Counted from the stretch's first letter, positions 12,288 through 24,967 are shown. The stretch: DNA of 64,000 nucleotides from Anthoceros angustus (GCA_010909165.1 VJWM01000135.1:124001-188000), one strand, 5' to 3'. Made by a program: numbers and translations. Notes: generated by a model from the letters alone, not told the origin.

Positions 12288-13364
12288 ATGGCCACTAGAA
12301 ATATCACTGCTGCGCAGAGGCAGATGCAGATGCAGATGCTTCGCGGCAATGGGTCAAAGCCCGCCAAGCTCCTGTTGCCACTGCTGCTGCTGCTGCTGCT
12401 GGCGACGAAGAAGAACGCTGCAGCGAAAACCGAGAACAGACCTATCGACCAGTACGAGAATTCCGGGTACTACTTTCATAAGAAACTCATCTGGCGAGGC
12501 ATCCGCACCTCTCCGGGATCCCTGTGGATCGGCCTCTTATTTTATGTAGCAGCCGGCCTCGCCAGTGCAGGGTACGTGCTGAGACGCCGGATGGATGCCA
12601 GAAACGCTGGAGAGCCAAGTGCCATAACAAGGCTCACCTTGGATCCAGAGGTGATCATGGATCTGTACTTATATAATGCTCCGTCCGCAGGGCTGTTTTA
12701 TGTGAGCTTGGCTGTAAACCACTTATCGGACGCGATGGAGGCCTACCTGGTTGCCTTGTGCTCTATTCAGCTGGCTATTGACGCCCAGCGCTGTTTCCAG
12801 TCCTCGACCCGGGCAAGTTGGCTAAAAACCGTTTTAACAGCTATTCCCAGCTTGCTGTTAGCCGTCCAGGGGATCGCTTTGCTCGACTCCTACCGCCCCC
12901 TAAACGTGCTTAACGCCTTCTATTTCATCATGAGCTCGGTGCTGCTCTTGCGGCCGCCCACCTGTGAAACATTCTGGACCAAAGTTGGAGAACTGCTGAA
13001 CATGGAGAACATGGTCTCGGAAATGGCAAGACGTTTTAGTCTGAGGACCTTGCCAGTCTGCGCAAGCGGATGTCATGTAGTGTTTCTCCTTGTGGCCTTC
13101 GTATTAGCTGACAATGTGGAAGGGAGCCATCGGGAGCCCATGCTTGCGTACCTGCTTACTGCGTTCGTCTACTTCGTTGTTTTTTGGATTATAGAGTACG
13201 TGTTGCCTTATCCTTCGAATTCCCCTGCCCCTCTTGATGAGGATCAGAATCCTCAACAGGCTCAGAATCCCCAACAGACTCAGAATCCCCAACAGGCTCA
13301 GAATCAAGACTCTCAACAGAGGGAGAATCAAGACGACCTCCACAGACTCAGGCAAACGCACTAA
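12288..13364 (+). CDS. Intronless orphan multi-pass membrane protein (signal/anchor + ~7 TM, C-terminal QNPQQ repeats)
   Basis: Uninterrupted 358-aa frame (alternative ATG at 12177); poly-Leu signal-like segment; seven hydrophobic stretches; a decayed paralogue at ~58.3-59.0 kb supports coding status. Confidence 0.75.
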   Translation: MATRNITAAQRQMQMQMLRGNGSKPAKLLLPLLLLLLLATKKNAAAKTENRPIDQYENSGYYFHKKLIWRGIRTSPGSLWIGLLFYVAAGLASAGYVLRRRMDARNAGEPSAITRLTLDPEVIMDLYLYNAPSAGLFYVSLAVNHLSDAMEAYLVALCSIQLAIDAQRCFQSSTRASWLKTVLTAIPSLLLAVQGIALLDSYRPLNVLNAFYFIMSSVLLLRPPTCETFWTKVGELLNMENMVSEMARRFSLRTLPVCASGCHVVFLLVAFVLADNVEGSHREPMLAYLLTAFVYFVVFWIIEYVLPYPSNSPAPLDEDQNPQQAQNPQQTQNPQQAQNQDSQQRENQDDLHRLRQTH

Positions 13365-13659
13365 GCAAGTAGACTGCGTGCTTTTGCATATACGGTTTCA
13401 CAGTTTTAGTGCTTTGTCCATGTTGACACAAAATTGTCTATTACAAGCTCCATGTGAGCGGCGATCAATAGAATTCGTCAAAAAGTGTCTGTCCCCTTAC
13501 CTCCAAAAGTCCGCAGAACTTTCTTGACAGGTGCTCACGGAGCAACCCACGTCCCTCCTCTTACCTTCTGGACAGTTTCCCACCTCGGTCTTCCAAACTC
13601 TGGATCATGTGGGTTTTACGGTAAAGCTGTAGCCAGAGGGTTCAATGTTCAGAGGAACC

Positions 13660-14530
13660 TGCACCTACGTCCTCAACGAGCTCACTTTCAGATAGGCTTC
13701 CAACTGAATCGTCCCTTATCTTCCTTTTCTTGGAAATTGCACACCTCCCACCTATCTGGCTACCCCAAAGCCTTCGCTTCGCGAAATTCCTCGAGCCGTC
13801 GTTTAACATCAGAAATTGACGGTAAAGCTTTCATACCAACGGTCTGCACTAGCTCTTCCAGGAGCAAAATCCATGATCGATCATTGCAAAGTTGCAAAGC
13901 CAGTCAAAACAAAGTTTAGTACATTAGTGTAAAGTTTACTGAGACGTACTATGTAGAGGAGCGTGATTGTCTGACGCTCTGCAGCCGTGTGTCATAGCAT
14001 CATCATCTGCCACATACTGATTTGGGTACATGGACCAGGTTCGCACCTGCAAACAAAGCATCAGGTCACCTTTGGCCCTTTTATTGCGATGCTGCCTAGT
14101 TTCGCTTCAAGATCCTTTTCCAATTTTCATCTCCTCGGGGAGTAGAGTCTTCATTCAAGACTAGCCCAGAAGCATGAGAAGCACCACATGTAGGCAATGC
14201 CAATACAGACAACGAGATAGCATAAAAACAGGACTTTATTCATATGAGAGAGAACCCCTTCCAACCCATCTCCACCTGGCTACCGGGAAGCTCAAGGTGG
14301 GAGGTTGCAAAGCCTTGCTCAGAAGCAAGGCATTCAAAATCGAAGGATCAATGTTTTGTTCAACACTTCAACACTCCCGGAAGGTCATATAGACACTTCA
14401 CGATCGTGCGAGGTTGCAAAATTCATATGAGCAGAAAAGAAAGCAATCCTACGCATCTTCTATTCCTCCTCAGGAGTATCTCAGTGGCAAGCGCACTTAC
14501 GAACCCCTGAACCAAACCGTCTAACCTCGT
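13660..14530 (-). pseudogene. Importin-9-like gene fragment (degenerate exons)
   Basis: Encodes LEELVQTVGMKAL..ISDVKRRLEE and ESELVED-like exons; shares sequence with 19845-20480. Confidence 0.55.
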
Positions 14531-14936
14531 ACCCTGCAGATGTGTCCGTCCCTGAAATCTGCCACAGCTCAGAAGCGAGGTTGCGATGGCCGAATTCGAC
14601 CTCCCTTCGGAAGATGCTTTTTGGGAAAAAAATCTAGGAAAGGTTGGAAAGACGTTAAAGGGATCTATCTGGTTGGATGACTGGAATGAAGCTGACTGAG
14701 ATTGGGGCAGAGATTGGTCAGATAATTAGATCTGGAAGGAGGCTAACACAATCGAGATGATTGATCTGGAAGCCCACCCCCTGGACTCAACTTGATGGAC
14801 CACTCTGAAGCCAACAACTACCTTCAGACTCACCAGGACACTCCTTAATTCCCAGGTAGAGACCCGACCCGACGAGACGCGCTATGGTACAAGAGGTCAA
14901 GCTTATCTCGACCTCACCACCCTTCCTCTAAACTCT

Positions 14937-16701
14937 TCAGAGGTCGAGCACACCAGATCTGGCGGTCAGAGCTGGCGTGAAGAACTGGGCAACCCCAGCA
15001 GCTGAGGATTTGAGTGCGCTGTCGTAGCCACCTGACTGGGCAAAGTAAGCGCCGTTGAGGAAGAGATCGTTATCCGAATGCCAGCTCCAGCTGTTCCCGC
15101 CGCCAACCTCACGCTTGGTCACCTGCCAGATCGATTGAGGAACGTTAGAGTTATAAAATCCACGCCAAGGAAAGCCAAAACAAATAGGACGACTGAAATC
15201 TGTGGCTCGCCTGCTTAGCTGCACTAGCCACATAGCGGTTGCCTTCGCTGAGAATGGTCGGATCTCCACTTCCACCAATTGCGTAGATGCCCCAACCATA
15301 CGGATAGTCGTTGTTGATGACATGGAACTCGCCAAATCGGCACCGGGGCATCCTCTGCACCAGGTTGGGTCCGAAGGTGTTGTAGGCAATGGTGACCTTC
15401 AAGTTCCTGTCCTCCGTGAAGGAATCGCTGTGACCCAGAAGCATCACCTGCGAGGAAGAAGGTCCAAGCCAATTTAACAGACGGCGACGAGAAGGAAGAA
15501 AGGAAAAGGCAAACCAAAAGCAAACACAGACCTTGTCGTGATCGGAGAAGTAATTGTTGGAGATGGTGACGGCAGTGGAACCGTGGATGACATCAATGAG
15601 ACCGTCAGCGGCGTGCCTCAAAGTGCAGTGATCAACCCAAATGTGAGAACCTCCGAAGACACTGATAGCATCTCCATCAGAGCCACCTCGGTAGCCGGTG
15701 TGAGTGGTGGAGCTGATGACATCCCCGCTGTGGCCCGGAGCGCAGTTCTGAAAGGTGATGGACTCCACGATCACATGGGACACATACTGGATGGTAAAGC
15801 AGGGCGCTCCGTTCCCCACAGACACCTTCCTCCCGCGGCCGTCGATGGTCTTGTACCCCTGGATGATGAGCTCGTTGTCGAGCTTGAGGTCGAAGTCCCC
15901 AGCGAAGATGATCCACAGCGGCTGAGGCTGGATGACGCCGTACCTGAGCGTCCCCGGGGCTGGGTTCACAGCGTCGTCCCCGCCGTCTGTGACCACGTAG
16001 TAGGCACCGCCCTTCCCTCCCGCAGCATCAGACCCGAATCCGATGGCGCAGTCCGCAAGCTTCTGCCTGTCGGCCTCCCAGTTGGGTCCCAGCCAGCAGT
16101 TGTCGATGGGATTGCCCTTCCCGCCATAGCTACCGCCCTTCGGAGCGGAGGGCACCGGGGGGAGGTTGGGCACGGAGGGAGTGGGAGGCACCGGGACACC
16201 GTGCTTCTTCTTGGGCACCTTCTTGCTGCTCTTCTTCTTCTTCATCTTGGTCGACTTGTTGTTGTAGTCGTCGCCGCCGCTACTGCTCTTGGTCTTCTTC
16301 TTCTTCTTCTTGTCCGTGGTCTTCTTCTTCTTCTGCAGTCGCTCCAGCGTCAACAGCCTCCGCCACACCCCGGAGGTTCTGCATGGCAACAACCGGTGTC
16401 AACAACCTCCCGAATCGCCCACAAAAAACGGCCAAAAACCCACAAAAACCCACAAACCACGCGTCTGCCCTCCCTCCCAATTCCCTCACCTCACGTCCTC
16501 ATCCTGGTCGGCGACCTCTGAGTCAGCCCCGCTCCCGGACCCGACCTCCACCTCATTCGCATCCGCATCCGCATCCGCCTCGAGGTCCCCGAGCTCCTGC
16601 AGGGCGACCGCCCCGGGCAGCGCCCCGAGGCGCAGGCAGGAGGCGAGCAGCGAGAGCAGCAGCAGCGACCAGAGGGCGGTGAAGCACTTGACGCGCGACA
16701 T
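14937..16701 (-). CDS. Pectate lyase (polysaccharide lyase family 1), 4 exons: 16701-16490, 16378-15532, 15447-15211, 15122-14937
   Basis: Signal peptide; GNPIDNCW, LADCAIGFG, PGTLRYGVIQ, KTIDGRG, SDGDAISVFG, IWVDHCTL, DGLIDV, QRMPRCRFG, YAIGGS; splice junctions keep frame (third intron is GC-AG). Confidence 0.95.
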
Positions 16702-16978
16702 GGCGGGAGGCGGAGAGCGGCAAGGCAGGGTATCCGGATCGGGGGGCGCCGAGGTCACAGGTGCAGCATTGCGGAAAGCAAGCAGAGAGCAAGGGCGGCG
16801 AGAAGAGAATGGGAGGACCCGCGCGCTCTTGTACCCCTCGGGTTGCACGGATTCCGAACACCGAAGCCTAGGAGGATAAAGCTCAGGAGAACCGAGAAGG
16901 AGACGTCTCTAACTGGAGACGATACCGAGAGACTTGGCCGTTGCTTTGTTGCAAGCTCGATGAGATGAGGAGATGGGC

Positions 16979-18046
16979 AGTTGGGCGGGGAATATAAAGG
17001 GCCGGGCCGGGCCGGGGGCGGGCTGGGACCGGGCCCCGGCCGCCGGGCTCGCTTAACCTATTTTTTAATTACGACCTGGGGTTCCCTTGACGTGCGTTCC
17101 GGCCCCCAGCATGTCGCGCGCCTCAAGCATGACGGCACCACGACCGGCCACCAGCACCAGCCGTGGCGGGACGGCGGAACGGCGGAACGTGGCGGTGGCG
17201 CAACTCCGCTACCCTAATCCCGGTTTGGTCCACCGGCCCACCGGCTGCCGCACTGCCCTCTCCTGTTCACACTCTTTCATCGTTTTCTCGTTTTTCCTTC
17301 CCGGCTACATGCGCAAGCGACGAGGAGGAGCTACGTGCATGCGTACAATGTCAACCGGGTAACCGCTTCCGCTCACCTGCGCGCTTCCGGTACGCCCGGA
17401 AGCCTACGTAGGTGACGTCGCATGCTTCATTCTTGGACCCCACCGCTCCCGCCCGAAAACAAGACCCGATGCCGATGCGGGCCTTGTACGGAAGGGCGCG
17501 CCACCAGGCCAGCCGTGGCGCGAGTCCCGGTGACCGGATACCACCACATTTCGGGCGGGCAAGTTGGGCGGGGAATATAAAGGGCCGGGCCGGGCCGGGG
17601 CGGGCTGGGACCGGCCCCGGCCGCCGGGCTCGCTTAACCTATTTTTAATTACGACCTGGGGTTCCCTTGACGTGCGTTCCGGCCCCCAGCATGTCGCGCG
17701 CCTCAAGCATGACGGCACCACGACCGGCCACCAGCACCAGCCGTGGCGGGACGGCGGAACGGCGGAACGTGGCGGTGGCGCAACTCCGCTACCCTAATCC
17801 CGGTTTGGTCCACCGGCCCACCGGCTGCCGCACTGCCCTCTCCTGTTCACACTCTTTCATCGTTTTCTCGTTTTTCCTTCCCGGCTACATGCGCAAGCGA
17901 CGAGGAGGAGGAGCTACGTGCATGCGTACAATGTCAACCGGGTAACCGCTTCCGCTCACCTGCGCGCTTCCGGTACGCCCGGAAGCCTACGTAGGTGACG
18001 TCGCATGCTTCATTCTTGGACCCCACCGCTCCCGCCCCGAAAACAA
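16979..18046. repeat. Near-identical ~485-bp direct repeat (16979-17462 / 17562-18046) in the pectate lyase upstream region
   Basis: Period 583 bp; each copy contains a TATA-like TTTATATT on the minus strand and TGACGT motifs. Confidence 0.9.
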
Positions 18047-19221
18047 CGGCGATGAACGGAAGGACGCGGGACCGGACCAACCGGTAGCGCGGGAAATGGG
18101 AGCAGGATGAGCGCGCTTCGCGGCTTTCCGCCGCGCCGCGCTTTCCGTTGTCAACTGCCATAACTGTCTCTCCGCAAACGTCCAAAGCATTTGCCGCCTC
18201 GTAGGCTCGGCGCATGCTGCGGCTTTGCGGGTTGCGGCTCCCGCAAAGCGCTGTGTTTCCGTTGAATTATTGCCCGTGCTTTGAATTCCCTGAGAATAAT
18301 TATATGATTACAATAACCCATCTCACTTAATTCATCCGATCAAGCCTTAGAGGCACCCATCTTTCATGGTACAAAAACATAGTGGTGTAGATGCTTTTGG
18401 AGAGACTAATATGCTTTCAGGCAATCCCCAGTGGAACACATAATGCAGGAACTCAAACTATCATTTTCTTCTCGAAAATAAAATAACGAACCTGTCACCC
18501 AGCCAATCGATGGACCTGCTTCAAGCATGTGGTACTTGTTACCTGGCTGATCGATGGACCCGCTTCAAGCATGTGGTACTTGTCACCCACTTCAAGCATG
18601 TAGTACTCGTTGTCTATGTTCAAACTTCCTTCAAGATAGCTTCATATTTAGTTCCCTCGGCAAACCATGATTGTCCTTTATCTACTTCGGATCCAGATCC
18701 ATCGACATCGACACCGGGGTGCTGTGTATGTTCTTGACGACTATTTCTCACTTCGTCCCACGTGGACTCTCTCTCTCATTTAGTTCCATTGAGCAAACCA
18801 TAATAGTGTCATGGCTTGCTAGTAATACGAGAGTGTCGTACCTAGTCGGAACAACAATCAACAAGCCCACTTCAAGCATGCAGTATTGTGTGAGCTTCAA
18901 GTTGTCTGTGTCCTTTGAGCAATTAGACCGGTGAGTACTTTACCCGCAGAACATAATGCTTGAGCCGCCGATACCTCATTCCCAGGAACATAATACCTGC
19001 AAGAGCCACGACATCTTGAAATATCGTATTCAGTCGTGACAGTAATTTCACGGCCCCACTTCACGGTATGTGTATTTTGAGCTTCACGTTCTTCATGTAC
19101 TTCATGTGCTTGACTCTAGAGGCATTTCAAACCTGAGAAATTAATGCATTGTACATGTATGCTCGCTGGACTTGACGTTGAAACTTCCTACATTTTGAAA
19201 CATTCTTGATACGGTTTCGTT

Positions 19222-19364
19222 CAGTCCTAATATACTCGTCTGGCTGATTGCTACTTCCAGTCCTAATATACTCGTCTGGCTGATTGCTACTTCCAGTCCT
19301 AATATACTCGTCTGGCTGATTGCTACTTCCAGTCCTAATATACTCGTCTGGCTGATTGCTACTT
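19222..19364. repeat. Perfect 36-bp tandem repeat x4
   Basis: cagtcctaatatactcgtctggctgattgctacttc head-to-tail, no spacers. Confidence 0.95.
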
Positions 19365-19844
19365 TATTGTATGTAAGGTATTTGCAGACTTGTCTCTTGC
19401 TCTTCTTTGAGGGATTGACCTGATTCAAACTTGTGGGAATAGATGCATCTGCCATTACGCGATGTTCAGCACGCTTGCTCCATGTTAAGTTAAGAACCTA
19501 ACCCCCTAGATAACCTTCAATTCTCTTATACTAAGTACTTGAAGTTGTTAGGGTTATATGTTTAATCCGTCTTAATTGATTATTTAACTCTAGGGTTAGA
19601 CATATGTACTTTGTATATAAAGAACACAATTTGTGGATAGACGGGTCGTCAGGAATCAGCGCACTGAAGCTGATCGTTATTGCTCCTAGAGGCGGTCTCC
19701 ACCACCAATTAGGATAGCCGATCTTGTGTAGCCACGCGAAAACGTCCATCACTCCAACGCACCTGCAATTTTTACCCCCAGCAGCACAATCAGGGGATGC
19801 GCGCGCTTGAGGCTGCGCAGATTCTATCTCGGCGCATACATCAC

Positions 19845-20480
19845 CTAAGTCCTCAACGAGCTCACTTTCGAGAAATGCTTCCAACTGAAATCCACCTTAT
19901 CTTGCTTTTCTTGGAATTGCTATGACAAGTTGCAGTCAGCTGTAACAATGAGACGATCGAACACCGCCCTCCAAGAAATAAGTATATCAGCCCTTGTCTT
20001 CAGGCAACAACTCTTTCTCAAGGAGGGCATCTGCAACACTTCCACATGTCAAAATTGACCTGGGAAATGAATAATCTTGACTGTGAACAAGCGGGCCATG
20101 TGACCTGACTGTGGATCTGCGTCAGAAGAAACTTGACACACAACAAATGCCCCAAAAGCAGGCCCACCAGAATGATGCAAAAACGAGCGGACTTGAGCAC
20201 ACCTCCCACCTATCTGGCTGCCCCAAAGCCTTAGCTTTGCCAGATTCCTCGAGCCGTCGTTTAACAACATCAGAAATTGACTGTAAAGCTTTCATACCAA
20301 AGGTCTGCACTAGCTCTTCCAGAGGAGCAAAATCCATGATCCATCATTGCAAAGTTGCAAAGCCACTCAAAACCAAGTTGAGTACATTAGTGCAAAATTT
20401 ACTGAGACGCACTATGTAGACGAGCGTGATTATTTAACTCTCTGCAGCCGTGTCATAGCATCATCATCTGCCACATCCTG
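19845..20480 (-). pseudogene. Second importin-9-like gene fragment
   Basis: ORF 20122-20337 LEELVQTFGMKALQSISDVVKRRLEESGKAKALGQPDRWEV resembles plant importin-9 HEAT repeats; duplicate of 13670-14020. Confidence 0.6.
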
Positions 20481-20659
20481 ATCTGCAAGAAGGGGCGACA
20501 CTAGTACTGTGCCTGGCTATCATTTGGATGACTTTCTTATCCTTGACTTTGAGTAGCTGCTTGGTTCTGTCTGTTCTCAGGTTATTGAGTAGACCTCACT
20601 GTGAATAAGGAAGTGCAAGCATGTGACTGAGGCAGATATCATTGGCACGAGTTCTTTTA

Positions 20660-23155
20660 TGAGATGCAGCTACGGCGTCATAACTTTCCTGAGCTGATCC
20701 AGGTTGGTCTAGTTCTGTGTGATGCAAATGTGCTGTCTGTCTGGGGGACTGTTCCCAGTTCGGCAAGCAGCATTACCAGGAAGATCATACCACTATGTGC
20801 CACCTGTATCATCAGCTGAGGATATGGTACGCTCATCTTTTTCCATCAGATTAAGCCCCCAGCCCATGCTGATTTCCGAACTCTGTCGTTGAAGGTGGTA
20901 TATGAGCACATCGCCAACCGGTCATTGCAAATGACTGTGTACCAGGCAAGGTTTTGCCAGCTCTTGTCATTTTCCTGGTTATCAGCCTGGTCTTGGAGAT
21001 GGGAAATAAACTCTTCCTGTTATTTGGCCAGGGGTTGTTTTGCGGTCACTTCATCGCTTTAGTCCTCAGGACATGAAATCGTGGGGAGCCCAGTTCACTC
21101 TGGGAGCCCCGCAATCTACGGTTCGAGTCGCGGGAGTAACCGATGTATCGTAATGCGACCGGACTTCACCTGATGAAACCCACTCTGCACTTCATCGCTT
21201 TAGGAGACGTAGTTCTGTCCGCGGTCGGGTGAGTTTAGCGAAGTTCTGCAACCGGCTTATGAGGAAGCCCAGTAAAGTGCTCTAGTTAGCTTAGCTGACT
21301 GAAGAGGGAAGTGCTAGATGTGGTGACGAGGAAGTTCAGTGTATTTCTGTACCCTGAAATTCGGATTCTCGGCAATCAGAATCCGAACCTTGTTCTGTAA
21401 ATCGAAATCGAGTGCAATCAACACTCAAACTTTCACTGCCACTACTGGGTCTTTCTCCACACAGTCCCAGGGGTAAAGGGGCAGGCAGTCTCACTGCCCG
21501 TTTCACACCAGATTTTCAGCTTCTCGCCATACCATCACGTCCAGTTGTGAGGCAGGCTGAAATGGTGAATCTAAGTACGCAGGATTGCAACATCTCCGGC
21601 ACTTGAATGCGTTGGAAAAAACCATTTTTCATCAGCAGCAGCACACACAATCTCTCTCACCATGATACATGATTTTTAAACACTATCGAGCTTTTTGAAA
21701 AACTCCACAAGAAGCTTATTCACTAGCTCGGACTCCTGCTCTTGCATGAAATGGCCAGCTGGAACCCTGACAAAGCCTTGCAGGTTAGGGGCGTCCTTCA
21801 GCAGACGCTCGGAGTCCATAGGCCCAAATATTTTGTTTGCGTAGTCTGTCTCTCCTTCTATGTACAACAGCGGGGGTTTAACGGTCAGGCCCTCCAACGC
21901 AGCTTCAAGCTCCCAGTTTCTGCAACAACGATTAAGGTCAAAACTCAACAGAAAACAACACTACACTCCAGTCTCGAAAGCCTGAGCTCACTTAAGCGCA
22001 TGCCTCATCTAGCACACCTGTCAAGGTTGATGTAGGTCAGGCGGATAGGATCCGAGAATCCAGACATTTCATACAGCTGGACGTAAGTATCGAAGTCTTC
22101 ATCTGACAGGAAAGGTGGAATCTTGTCGGAAGGCTTGACGATATCCATGATCTCCTCCCCTTCCGAGGCTACCTGCAACTCAGATCTGCAGAAGAGCTTG
22201 TAAATGTTGGTGAACACTGTCCTCACGTCAAATCGTGCAAAGTCAGCCTCCGCCCTCCCCTCTTGCTGCACAAGACGAAGGCCGGGCAAAGAATTCCAAT
22301 TACAACCCTGAGAGGAAAACAATTGCTTGCTTGCAAATGAATTTGCAAGCACTGGCAAGAAGAGGAGAGGCACCGAAAAGCGCGCGACATAAAAGCCTTC
22401 CGGTATGTCAGAAAGAGCCGTCCCAATGGTAGGCACAAAGTGTATCCTAAAACCGCTCCGATATCGTGACCGGCCAGATAAACCTGGGGAATTCATCGTA
22501 ACAGCAGGGTCAGCCTAAGCTTCATGACGTTGGAGCAGCACACACTTCTGTAACGGGGGTGAAGGAAAAGACCCGTCCATCGCAGTCCCTTACCTGCTCC
22601 TGACCGAGAGCCAGTATGAGGCCAATCAGGTCACCAACAACCTCAATCCTGGATAGCTTGCCACTACCGTGCGGGTTCCCAGTGAGCCCGAAGCCACGGA
22701 GATCCGGTGCAACTGCATGGAAGCCTGCCTCGGCCAAGGCCTTGAGCTGGTGCCTCCAGGAATACCAAATTTCTGGGAATCCATGAAGCAGCAGCACCAC
22801 GGGGCCTGCGTGCACTCGGTCAGTTCTCACAACTTGGCTACCCAGCGGTTACACAATGACGGCATGATTTGCTTGCGCCAACAATCGGTGCTCACCGGAG
22901 CCCTGTTCGGCTATGTGGATGTTGGTGCCAGCTGCGAGCTGCACAAATCGACGTTCGAGCTGGTGTAGCGGGGCCCCCATGATGCCGCAGCTAGGACATG
23001 GACAATCGTTGTCAGCGAAGGAAGATGGACAATCGTTGTGAGCCAAGGAGGATGGGCAATCGTTGTGAGCGAAGGAGGATCCTAGGCCTTCAGGGCCCCG
23101 TACATGTGCGACAAAAGGAACTGAGGACATACGGCAAAGGGAATTGAGGATGGAC
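20660..23155. repeat. Inverted segmental duplication arm; partner at ~55580-58520
   Basis: The epoxide hydrolase gene and downstream flanks are the reverse complement of 55580-58520 (e.g. 21200-21240 vs 57233-57272). Confidence 0.88.
21676..22980 (-). pseudogene. Epoxide hydrolase copy 1, frameshifted by a 61-bp deletion in exon 3
   Basis: Near-identical to 55787-57152 but lacks the LRPDLVKGYVALGVPYFGRG-coding segment at ~22428. Confidence 0.85.
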
Positions 23156-24441
23156 AATCGTTGTGAGCCAAGGAGGATCCTTCAGGGCCCCGTCAACAGG
23201 AATCCTATGGACCCTCGTTGTTGGCCATCGTTGTTGGTACTCGGCATAAATACACGCCAGGAGTGAAAATGCTGCATACATCAAAAACAGAACGTGAACC
23301 ATGTAGAGCTAATAACCGGTTTTGAACCCATGATTTCTTAGATGCGAAAACTTATATGTGGCTCCGGTGCCTTTGGACCAAGACGCCCTTGCATTGCATG
23401 GAGAATTCTCCTAAAAGTCTAGTGCTACCTTTAAAGTTCTTCTTCCGCTCCTTTCAGCGACAACGGGTTCCTACAAGAGGCCACGATGATGCATCCACAC
23501 ATCTAGCAAATGGATCCGTGAAAGAAGAGACACTTTCACCTGGCAAAGGTGGACTCAAGATGTATTTTATACAATGCAGATTCCATCGTTTGCCCATGAG
23601 GAACATATGCATTGAGCATCCAGACTCAAGTCACATACTCAAACTTGTGCAGCTACCTTGTAAGATTGTGCCGACGAGGGTTCCAATTCAAAACTTACTA
23701 CGCTTCCCAGATCTTATCCAGTTGTTAGTGCCCTGCCCTACGGTTACTCCAGATCCCTATATGCTTTGACATATGTATAAAGTCTTCAATTATTGCTAAA
23801 AAAACTCTAGCAGCACACACGTTCCTTGATCATGCCATGGAAAGGCAACCCCATGCCAGGTTGCTTGATTGCCATGGAAATGCAACCTCAAGCGCAGCAT
23901 GAAATGTGTGAAGGTATCGGGTGGGTAAGGTAGGCACTAGTGTGCGGATTGCATGGGTAGGCCAGCGCACTATTGTGTGGAGTAGTCGGAACCGGAACAC
24001 GCCACTTGGTAATGCAAAGACAAGCACAAGATACATAGCGCTGCCCAGTGACGTCACGATCTACAAACTTGATACAAGATACGGGTATGGGGTGACATTT
24101 TTGAGCGGATGCAGTAGCGGTGACCTGCCTAAGGTATGGGGAATTGCCACAAGGGCTTTCACCTCGGAAGCAGGCCAAGCTACGAAAGAAGGTGGCTCAT
24201 TACTATTGGAAGGAGGACATAATGTGTGAACAAGATTCATAACCTCTGGACGAGGTTCCCAAAGGAGATTGGTTTGTGCGGAATGCGCTACATGAGGTGC
24301 TTACGTGTGTAGTCCTACTTGGAGTTTCACATTATATGGAGGGATTGGTTTGCATCTATATTTGCATATTAGATTTTTTTTGCTTCGTTGTCTGTTGAGG
24401 AAGTGCTCATATGAATGTAAGTGCTTACCTCGTGCGACAGC

Positions 24442-24967
24442 TGTCATGTCGAATTACACTAATCTCTGCACTTGGGTCTAGTGTTTGATTAGCATTAATT
24501 AATCTAATAACTTATCTTAAGTAAGTAATTCGTATTAATCAATCTCAAGTGCTTATGTTAATTAAGCATTGATTAGTGTTAATTAAATATGATTAATAGT
24601 AGCTAAGTGGATAAGCATAAGTAATATGCTTTAGCATATTCGTTGCATATTATAGTGTATTCTTAGGATATTTACGGCATATGCTGATGCCAATAGGATA
24701 TCGTAGGAATATGCCGATGCTAAGGGCTAGTATATGCGGACCCTTTTACATAGGACAAGCTCAAATCATAGCTTGTCCTCTAGATATGCAATGCAAGAGT
24801 GTTGTGAGGAGGCCAAAGTTATGACTCTAAGAGCGACGTGTGAGGAATTTGCGTGTTGTTCTTGTGGGGAGAGTGCTTTGCACCTATATTTGCATATTAG
24901 ATTTGTTTTGCTTGGTTGTCTGTTGAGGAAGTGCTTATATGAATGCAAGTGCTTACCTCATGCGACA
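24442..24967 (+). repeat. Putative 5' LTR of the DNMT-carrying retroelement
   Basis: TGTC...GACA ends upstream of gag; its last ~130 bp recur at ~24290-24439; no canonical PBS and no partner LTR in the window. Confidence 0.4.

Noticed and set aside
15538-16521. 327-aa plus-strand ORF
   Set aside because: Antisense shadow of GC3-rich pectate lyase exon 2.
16979-18046. TRIM-type mini-retrotransposon (two direct repeats with a short interior)
   Set aside because: No TG...CA ends, PBS, PPT or TSD.
19222-19364. 36-bp exact repeats of CRISPR-like length
   Set aside because: Head-to-tail with no spacers, no cas genes, and a eukaryotic context; it is a minisatellite.
24100-24180. Possible PHD-finger remnant (NCHKGFHL) at the end of an older retroelement
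   Set aside because: Too short and degenerate to support without a profile search.
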